Positions 56,186 to 64,000 of a stretch of DNA of 64,000 nucleotides are shown here, piece by piece. The translations under genes and the position numbers were made by a program. A model generated the notes under the pieces. The model saw only the letters and a list, made by a program, of their open reading frames with translations. It was not told the DNA's origin and did no database searches. Origin of the DNA: a cyanobacterium endosymbiont of Rhopalodia gibba. Its GTDB lineage: Bacteria; Cyanobacteriota; Cyanobacteriia; Cyanobacteriales; Microcystaceae. Location: NCBI GenBank assembly GCA_045159875.1, contig CP067995.1:1376001-1440000 (forward strand), in the 5' to 3' direction. Numbering within the stretch: position 1 is the first letter of the stretch; each line of letters opens with the position of its first letter.

Positions 56186-57192
56186 GTGAGGACAGAAAAA
56201 GCGAAGTTAAAATTTATAGTCTTAGAGTAGACACATTACGATAGTTATCTCAAATAATCGTATATCGTTGAACCTTTGCCTACTCTATAAAATGCTTTAA
56301 CCTGGCGACAGAATACAGAAAAAGTTTTTGAACCAAAGTTGATTGTTAGTTCATTTTGACAGCGAGGTGATGAGTTTTTCACTATCATCTTTTTGGGTTG
56401 AAAGTGCAAAAGAATCATTATAGAGACTTAACTTAATGTTAAGGCTTGTGTTCTAGTCAATATGAATATTTTAAAAAAAAAATACGATTATTTATTCCAT
56501 AAGAAAGTATTTTTTTGTCAATCATGCACACATAAAAAGATATACTGAACTATCGCTCAACGTCAATAACATTCATGTTTTCAAACCCTTGAACTAAATT
56601 ATCATTTTCTACAGCTCGTTTTTGCAAAAAAGTGACCTCTCCTTCAAATCAATTATCAGGAAGATAAGAAGAATTACTCTAAACTTTTCACATTGTTCCG
56701 TTGATAGAGTATTAAAGATTAAGAAATACAGTTGTAGCTTTATCTTAAGTAATTAATTTTTTTGCCTCTAAACGCTTAATTTAGTATTTAATTTTCTATT
56801 TTTTATGGTTAAAAGTAAAAAAATTTTAAAATTAGGATACCTAAATTAAGATGAAAAGCTATCAAGGTAAATACAAAATTAAAGTCGAAGATTATAGATT
56901 AAGTTCAACTATTAACAACTAATTGTTTAGTCTTATTAAGTTAAGGGACTGAATTAAGTTGTTCAATAAATTATGATTATGAAATATGTAGGATTGTGAG
57001 TGTTCTGCTAACAATTTTGAAAGATAGCCTAGAGTAGACTCCACCTGTAGTTTTCTAAACTACCAAAAAGTTTAGGTTTAGCTTCTACTAAGTTAATCTC
57101 AAAAAAAATGGGGTGAAATGACTTAAACCAGAAAACATAAACGTTAAGAAATCTTGTTATCTATTTCAATTTTAACAAGAGGATTAAATGCT

Positions 57193-57652
57193 ATGACCAT
57201 TGTAGTTGGACGCGGTCCACAGAGTGGATGCTTTGATATTATCTCTGGCTGTCTCAAGCGTAATCGCTTTGTGTTTGTTGGTCTAGTTTATTGCTATTCC
57301 TCTGTGCTTACTTCGTACCCACTAGATGGTTAACCAGAACCATCTTTATTCTTATAAACCTACTAGTTGGTCAGTTCGTACTTCGAATAAGCTGACTTCC
57401 TAACCGTAGCTGTATCTGCCCTCACTAATGCCTTCAGATACTCCATCTTGATTCTTCTGAGGATCTAAAGTTCAAAGAGACTTCACCGGTTAGTGTCAAA
57501 TTGGTGGACTATAGACATTTACCGCTCTTTACGGAGCTTTCGTACTGATTTGTTATAACGCTACTCTACGAGCTCGAATGGCTCCTTGAGAGCAATTTTA
57601 CCAAGACTTTATCCTTCTTGAGGAGATACTTTCCCGTAATAACGCTCTCTAA
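57193..57652 (+). pseudogene. psbD: Photosystem II D2 pseudogene with a large internal deletion
   Basis: [45 protein letters not shown] and QRDFTG*CQIGGL*TFTALYGAF, joined directly to LRARMAP*EQ..FILLEEILSRNNAL* (D2 C-terminus IRAWMA..EEVLPRGNAL). It spans 460 bp versus about 1.06 kb for the intact gene. Confidence 0.93.
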
Positions 57653-57780
57653 GACAGATGTTACCAATGAACGTGACATAGAATTGACCGGTTTAGCGTA
57701 GTGGTCAAGCAAACAAGCTTAATTAGCCTTTTTGGCAAACTTCTTATTGTTCACCTCACTTAACTTACGCTAGTAGATTT
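57636..57780 (+). pseudogene. psbC: Photosystem II CP43 5' remnant overlapping the psbD end
   Basis: VITLSK...ERDIELTGLA*WS then LISLFGKLLIVH matches CP43 VTLS...[29 protein letters not shown]; the GTG start has mutated to GTA at 57636. Confidence 0.85.
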
Positions 57781-58360
57781 GGTGTACTATTGTTGATATT
57801 TAAAGTTCTGTTCTTTGGCGGTTTTTATGAAGCCATCAGGTAAAATTGTGATACATCAGATAATATATATTTTGATTATATAAGATGGCAATAAAGTTAA
57901 AGAGCTTAAAACTCTATAGACTTAGTTTTCATGGAATAAAGCTTTAACCTATCATTAATTATTTAGTTGAACACAGCTAAGTTTTTAGGTAAAACTTTAA
58001 GAGCTGTCCATAGTAAGCAACATAGACTAATTCACTTATTTCTACAGTAAATTAGTCTGAAGCGAACCACTATACCTTCTTTTGTTTTTTAGAAAAGATT
58101 GAGAATTCTAACATCTTCCTCGTATTTTCCGCTTTGTTGTCTCCTGTGTAACAACTAAAAATCTTGTGTTCTATGCAGTTTAAAACCAATATGAGGGTAT
58201 GTTCTCAAGAAAAATGATTAATCATCCCAGAGAACAGAAACTCACACTGTCATTGTATTTTTAACCAAATGTTAATCCTTTGAATTCACTAGGAGTGTTG
58301 CAAAAATTAGGTGCTATAGTCAAATAGATTTGCCAGAGAATTATCATAGTAAACGCGATT

Positions 58361-58843
58361 GTGATGCTTAATTTCTCTTTTAAGTTAATGTTAATGACCT
58401 TCAAGGGCAAGCTTTTATGTGCTTTTTCTCTCTACAAAAGATATCGTGTTGTTAGTACTGCCCCTGTGGACGTTCTTTGGCAGAAATTAATTAATTTGGC
58501 CGATGTTTCTTGGCATCCCTTGTTCTCAAAAACGAATGTCCCTTTGGGACTAATCGCGAAACCAGGGTTGATCTATCAAGTGGTAACACGCCTCACCCCC
58601 ATCCCCATTCGTCTATTTGTAGAAAATGTAAGGCCAGGGGAATTATTAAGTATGCGAGTTTTAGCTATTCCAGGAATTGAACAGAAAATCACTTATCAAG
58701 TAGAATCTACTCTTTGTGGGTCTTATATTTCCTATTCAGTGACTTTGCGTGGATGGCTATCTCCGTTGATTTGGTGGCTTATCAAACCCTATTCCGCTCG
58801 TGTCGCCTCAGAGTTAGCTAATGCGGCCGAAAGATTAGCTTAA
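58361..58843 (+). CDS. SRPBCC/polyketide cyclase-like family protein
   Basis: STAPVDVLWQKLINLADVSWHP...SYSVTLRGWLSPL helix-grip pattern. Confidence 0.7.
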   Translation: MMLNFSFKLMLMTFKGKLLCAFSLYKRYRVVSTAPVDVLWQKLINLADVSWHPLFSKTNVPLGLIAKPGLIYQVVTRLTPIPIRLFVENVRPGELLSMRVLAIPGIEQKITYQVESTLCGSYISYSVTLRGWLSPLIWWLIKPYSARVASELANAAERLA

Positions 58844-58854
58844 TCTCTTTTACT

Positions 58855-59316
58855 TTAGTTAAATACGCCAAAGTCTAACCAGTCGTAGTTTGATCTTGCA
58901 ACTCGCTTTTGAATGCGAGCTAAGTAGATTTGGTTATCAATAGCAACTCTTGGAGATGGTAATTCAGTATTTGGCCAACTGGACAAGCTAACACAAAGAC
59001 ACACAGGAGAATTATTTCCAGAAATAGCAACAGGAGAAGGCATCCGACACCTTGTACATTCGACTACCTCCCAATCAGAACTCAATAATTCTTGAATAGT
59101 TTGCTCAGCACCTTCCAGATAACAATCAGCACCCGCGGCGAAGATATATTGCCAGTAACTTTCGAATTCATGAGAATAGGTGTTACCCCCAAAGATCTGG
59201 CTAGGACGTAATTTTTGTTGACGCTTAGGAAGTAAAACCTGCTTGCCCAGTTGAAACCAATGAGCAAGATAATGTTTTACCTGTGCTTCCGAAGCCATAT
59301 GTATAAACCTTTCCAT
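58855..59316 (-). CDS. Conserved cyanobacterial hypothetical protein
   Basis: MASEAQVKHYLAHWFQLGK...CYLEGAEQTIQELL...CTRCRMP...WPNTELPSPR. Confidence 0.75.
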   Translation of the reverse strand: MERFIHMASEAQVKHYLAHWFQLGKQVLLPKRQQKLRPSQIFGGNTYSHEFESYWQYIFAAGADCYLEGAEQTIQELLSSDWEVVECTRCRMPSPVAISGNNSPVCLCVSLSSWPNTELPSPRVAIDNQIYLARIQKRVARSNYDWLDFGVFN

Positions 59317-59386
59317 GGTCAGCAGTGCATCCTCATGCTAACACCTGTATTGTTCTTCATCATTCTTTGTAATTGAAAATTTACAA

Positions 59387-59956
59387 TTATTCTTTTGTCA
59401 GAGGTTCGCCAAGTAAACTTAGGTTAAGGACGTGGCCTCCGGTCACCAGATATACTAAATTAGCGATTAGCCCCAGTTGTCGGGTTAAATTTCCTAAGCG
59501 ATCGCGAAATGTACGTCCTAAGGGGAAGCTTGGAACGACTCCCCATCCTGTTTCCTCAGCTACTAAAATAACATCTACACGGGTAGTTTCTAAACGTTTT
59601 AAGAATTGATCCATCGTCTCTATCCAGGTAAAACTATCTTGCTCTAGACAATTAGCTACCCAAGTTCCTAGAGAATCAATCAAAAGACAATGAGGCGGTG
59701 TAACCGTTTCAAAAATAACTGATAAGTTATAGGGAACCCATCTGGTTTCCCAATGGGGAGGACGACGTTCTCGATGGCGAGTAATCCTTTCTAGCCATTC
59801 TTGGTCTTGGGTATTTTCTAAGGCTGTCGCGATATAAATAACAGGCTTTTTGGATTTTGTAGCTAGGGTTTCAGCCCACTCACTTTTACCTGAACGGGTC
59901 GGCCCAGTTACTAAAATAATTTGTTGGTTTGGAAGCGGTTCTGAATTATTGACCAT
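59387..59956 (-). CDS. cobU: Bifunctional adenosylcobinamide kinase / cobinamide-phosphate guanylyltransferase
   Basis: LVTGPTRSGKSEWAE, YIATA, RITRHRERRP, LLIDSLGTW and EETGWGVVP...RTFRDRLG. Confidence 0.93.
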   Translation of the reverse strand: MVNNSEPLPNQQIILVTGPTRSGKSEWAETLATKSKKPVIYIATALENTQDQEWLERITRHRERRPPHWETRWVPYNLSVIFETVTPPHCLLIDSLGTWVANCLEQDSFTWIETMDQFLKRLETTRVDVILVAEETGWGVVPSFPLGRTFRDRLGNLTRQLGLIANLVYLVTGGHVLNLSLLGEPLTKE

Positions 59957-61954
59957 AATAATTAGAATGATTTATAAATCAAATTTCCTAAAGAAGAGAA
60001 AACAATCATCGTCTTATTCACAAGAATCAATTGATTAAGTTTTTAAACTTAAGGGCTCAACAAATTTCACAGAAAAAATATATATTCTGTAATTTATTAT
60101 CCTTTTCTTTTGAGATAAAACGTCATAAAAATTAGCTATTATCTGAGTAAGATAAACGAAAAGTATTGTACCTTCTACACAAACAATTTCTTTAAAATCT
60201 GGATATATTTCAAAGTTAGTCAAAATAACATGAATATTTATCATTATTAAACGCTAATAGCAACAACCTAACCTAATTAATAGAAAAATACAAAATTTTG
60301 ATTTTTTTGATTTTCACTAGAACAGCTCGAATTTTTATAATTTTCCTCAGGTCTAATACAATTACTTTAGTTTAGCATCGATAGGTATTAGTTATTACTT
60401 TATGATTTTAACTTATATATTATATAAAGTAGAAAAAACTAAATTAATGATCTGTGATAACCAGGGGTTTCGATTTAAATAGAAATTGCTACATAATTTT
60501 TGTTAATTTTTTATTAGTTTTAAATGATTACAGTCAGACAAAATCATTGATTAAAAACAAGAAATAACTTATTTAAAAACTTTCAATTTTAACTACTATC
60601 TTACTGCATTCATGTTAATCTTAACAACCTTAAAGAAAGTTATTTTAGTCTAATTGTATGGTCGACCTACGATACTGTAACATTTTTGATAACTCCTGCT
60701 GACGCAATATAAATTCATCGATGTTTAATCAGAATCATTGAAGGTCAACTACGATAAATTCTTGATTTAGGATATAGCGTAGGTTCAAGTAGAATTTAGT
60801 TAATAAGAAACTTTTCTAAGTGTTAATCTAATTGATTAATTTAGATTTGATAGACGTTTTCCAGGCTTTAATTCTTGAAAATTGACTAATGTGTTCACAA
60901 AACTTGTCTGCAGACTTGACTTAAGGGAGTTGACACGGAGAATTTTAGTCTTAGATTAAATTAATTGTAATTGAGCGCAATTAGTTCTTCAGTTGTCAAG
61001 AATTATCCCAGTTTAGCATCAATTTTACCTAAAAGACGTTGTGGTTGCAACCTGTAGAATCAATTCAGGTTCTTCCATGATGGAAAGACAAATGGGGTGA
61101 TGAGAGATGAAGATTTTTTAAAAAACAGACTTAAATACTCTCCTACCTAAGGGTAGTATTTAAAAGTAAAATTTCTCTAGAAAGAAAAAATGTCCAGTGA
61201 GAATCAGGCAAAATCGTATCGTGCCTTCTAGAGTCCCCCTGATGAAAACTAGATTACTTTCGGTGTCTAAAATTCGGTATCTCGACTTTTCGATAATTTT
61301 GGTCTTATTTTTTTTCTAATAACAAGACTATAAACTGCCACGATCCTTCATTTGAGAGGTAGTTTATAGTCAAGACCTCGATGTTACAAACATATCACTT
61401 AAATTTAATCGCGTGATCACATCTCTAGAATTAGAAAAGTAGCACTGGATTTTAGGGTTAAAATCAGGGTTTAAGTGTGAGTAACAGGATTAAATTTAAG
61501 TAAAATTGCGAAAACTATAGCGTAACACTTTAAACAAACTAAAATATCGATTGTCATAACAAATTATATTATTTTTTTTACAGTCTCTTCATTGCTCAGA
61601 GGTTAAGCAATCGTTCTAACTATAAGTCAATTTAAGAATAATTGTAGTATTTATAAGTTTTTTTATTCAAAAAACGTCTAAAACTGCTCAATAACTACTT
61701 TTTATAAATTTATTTTTTGATTCCTGTCCCAACTAAAAGCTTACCAAACCTTAACATGGCATTGTTTATTTCCGATTATTTAGAGGATCATACATAAATA
61801 ATGAAGTAAAAATTAAAGTATAACTATAAATTACCAACTAATAGAAAAAATAACCTATAAATGCTCGCATAATCATCCATAATCATAAAATACCAATTAT
61901 GGGCATAGTTAAAGAAAAAAAGAGGTTTAACTGCTGATTTCTAACTTTTTACTT

Positions 61955-61983
61955 TTGACTTTCAATTACTGCCTTGTTAAGAT
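61955..61983 (+). promoter_or_regulatory. Sigma70-type promoter upstream of gnd
   Basis: TTGACT-17 nt-TAAGAT with extended TG, 220 nt before the gnd ATG. Confidence 0.55.
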
Positions 61984-62203
61984 ACTGTTTAAAGAATTGG
62001 GGAAACTAAAAATCCAACGTTAGACTAAAAAACGTTAGATTAATCGGGGTGCACCGCTATGCGGAAGGCGAAAAGTAAATAGGCATCAGGCAAAAGTTGA
62101 CCATAACAAAGCCTCAGCTCTTACCAATGTCTAATCAGCCAATGCCTTATGCAATAGCAAAAGCCCTTTTTGATAAGAACCAAGTAGATTTGGTAGCAGT
62201 TAT

Positions 62204-63625
62204 ATGACGAAACGTACCTTTGCTGTAATCGGTTTAGCCGTGATGGGAGAAAACCTAGCCCTTAATGTGGAGAGTCGTGGTTATCCCATTGCTGTTTACA
62301 ACCGTAGCCGAGAGAAAACAGACAGATTCATGAGTACCCGGGCCGTCGGTAAAGATATAAAAGCGGCTTACTCCCTAAAAGAATTAGTCCAAACCTTAGA
62401 ACGGCCCCGTAAACTTCTAGTGATGGTTCAAGCAGGAAAACCTGTTGATTACGTCATTCAAGACTTAAAACCTCTCCTTGAAAAAGGAGATATGATCATT
62501 GATGGCGGTAACTCTCTCTATGAGGATACGGAAAGACGCACCCAAGAATTAGAAGCCAGCGGACTTGGTTTTGTAGGAATGGGTGTTAGTGGTGGAGAAG
62601 AAGGTGCATTAAAAGGGCCTAGCTTAATGCCTGGGGGCACTGAAGCTGCCTATAGAGAACTTGAACCCATTTTGACCAAGATTGCTGCCCAAGTAGATGA
62701 TGGGCCGTGTGTCACCTTTGTGGGACGCGGTGGAGCTGGTCACTATGTAAAAATGGTGCACAATGGGATCGAATATGGCGATATGCAATTAATCGCTGAA
62801 GCCTATGACATCATGAGAAACGGACTAGGGTTGAGCAATGAAGAGTTGCACAATGTCTTCAAAGAATGGAATACTACTGATGAACTTAATTCTTTTCTAA
62901 TTGAAATTACCACCGATATTTTCAAGTACAAAGACCCAGAAACTGGAAAACATCTAGTAGATCTCATTCTCGACTCCGCAGGACAAAAAGGAACCGGACG
63001 CTGGACGGTGATGACTTCCTTAGAGTTAGGGGTTCCCATTCCTACTATCTATGCTGCGGTAAACGCACGGGTCATGTCTTCGTATAAAGATGAACGAGTG
63101 GCTGCATCAAAAGAACTACCCGGACCTACAACTAAATTCAAAGGAGATGCCAAGGCATTTGTTGACAAAGTACGAGATGCTTTGTACTGTTCTAAGATGT
63201 GTTCTTATGCTCAAGGAATGGCCCTAATTGCTAAAGCCTCAGCAGAATACAATTACGGGGTAAGTTTGCCTGAATCTGCTCGTATTTGGAAAGGCGGTTG
63301 TATCATTCGTGCTGGTTTTCTTGATAAGATTAAAAAAGCATTTGTTGATAACCCCACCTTGCCTAATTTGTTATTAGCTCCTGAATTTAAACAGAGTATC
63401 TTGGATCGTCAAGAGGCATGGCGCGAAGTGTTAATGTTGGCTAACAAGTTGGGTATTTCTGTTCCTGCTTTTAGTGGGTCTTTAGACTATTTTGATAGTT
63501 ATCGTCGTGCTAGTTTGCCTCAGAATCTAACCCAAGCACAAAGGGATTATTTCGGAGCGCATACTTACGAACGTATTGATAAACCCAGAGGCGAATTTAC
63601 CCATACTGAATGGGCGGCTCAATAG
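62204..63625 (+). CDS. gnd: 6-phosphogluconate dehydrogenase, NADP-dependent, decarboxylating
   Basis: GLAVMGENLALN, GVSGGEEGA, YVKMVHNGIEYGDMQ, GQKGTG and QAQRDYFGAHTY. Confidence 0.97.
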   Translation: MTKRTFAVIGLAVMGENLALNVESRGYPIAVYNRSREKTDRFMSTRAVGKDIKAAYSLKELVQTLERPRKLLVMVQAGKPVDYVIQDLKPLLEKGDMIIDGGNSLYEDTERRTQELEASGLGFVGMGVSGGEEGALKGPSLMPGGTEAAYRELEPILTKIAAQVDDGPCVTFVGRGGAGHYVKMVHNGIEYGDMQLIAEAYDIMRNGLGLSNEELHNVFKEWNTTDELNSFLIEITTDIFKYKDPETGKHLVDLILDSAGQKGTGRWTVMTSLELGVPIPTIYAAVNARVMSSYKDERVAASKELPGPTTKFKGDAKAFVDKVRDALYCSKMCSYAQGMALIAKASAEYNYGVSLPESARIWKGGCIIRAGFLDKIKKAFVDNPTLPNLLLAPEFKQSILDRQEAWREVLMLANKLGISVPAFSGSLDYFDSYRRASLPQNLTQAQRDYFGAHTYERIDKPRGEFTHTEWAAQ

Positions 63626-63653
63626 AAGATTTGTGCCCTCGCTTATTAAGCAA

Positions 63654-63685
63654 AAAAACTCTCTCTCCCAGGAGAGAGAGTTTTT
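63654..63685. terminator. Bidirectional intrinsic terminator between gnd and dapL
   Basis: aaaaactctctctcc-ca-ggagagagagttttt with A/T tails on both sides. Confidence 0.8.
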
Positions 63686-63729
63686 AGTTGAACTCGTCGT
63701 CGAGTGGGCATAGCCCACCTTACCTGAAA

Positions 63730-64000
63730 CTACAATGAAAACTGTGTTGTAATACGTTTCATAGCTTCTTCTATATTTTCCCGACTGTTGAAAGCAGAAA
63801 TCCTGAAATATCCTTCTCCTGCGGCACCAAACCCAGATCCTGGAGTTCCCACCACATGAGAAGTTTGCAATAATTTATCGAAGAAATCCCAACTTGAGAG
63901 ATTATCAGGGTTTTTTATCCAAATGTAGGGGGAATTTACGCCACCATATACCTTAAACCCTGCTTTTTTCAGTTGATTGCAGATTATCTGAGCATTTTCT
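63730..64000 (-). CDS. dapL: LL-diaminopimelate aminotransferase, 3' part (cut by the window edge)
   Basis: Minus strand [23 protein letters not shown]...[31 protein letters not shown], stop TAG at 63730-63732. Confidence 0.9.
   Translation of the reverse strand, partial: ENAQIICNQLKKAGFKVYGGVNSPYIWIKNPDNLSSWDFFDKLLQTSHVVGTPGSGFGAAGEGYFRISAFNSRENIEEAMKRITTQFSL

Noticed and set aside
60600..61310. Possible further pseudogene fragments here and at 10091-10250, 47250-47500, 56200-56450 and 57900-58260
   Set aside because: The composition suggests former coding DNA, but I could not fix a frame or family with enough support to call them.

Overview
AT-rich DNA from a unicellular cyanobacterium of the Crocosphaera/Cyanothece type that is undergoing genome reduction. 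Summing the intact CDSs gives only about 60% coding. About 34 intact CDSs (two cut by the window edges) and one tRNA-Leu(UAG) are separated by 0.5-2.5 kb deserts full of fossil genes. The fossils include a shredded psbD-psbC (photosystem II) operon, a cbiO-like ATPase with three in-frame stops, a CheA/PilL-type receiver domain, a hicB antitoxin, two decayed IS982-family transposases and an IS630 fragment. Sugar-catabolic genes (GH13 alpha-glucosidase, HAD phosphatase, xfp, gap1, gnd) are intact, as are ndhV, a CtaA-type Cu-ATPase, ygfZ, dnaN, holB, tamB, lgt, lipB, hpf, cobU and dapL. My inference is a non-photosynthetic cyanobacterial endosymbiont such as the spheroid body/diazoplast of rhopalodiacean diatoms; no nif genes are in the window to confirm this. 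I saw no CRISPR array, prophage or intact mobile element. The best candidates for undescribed biology are: a set of unusually long perfect hairpins that survive in decayed DNA, an unannotated 52-aa zinc-ribbon microprotein, a maltase-type glucosidase/HAD pair with a repeat-flanked promoter, and a PpsA paralogue with an apparently dead ATP-grasp domain. All calls are by eye, without database searches.
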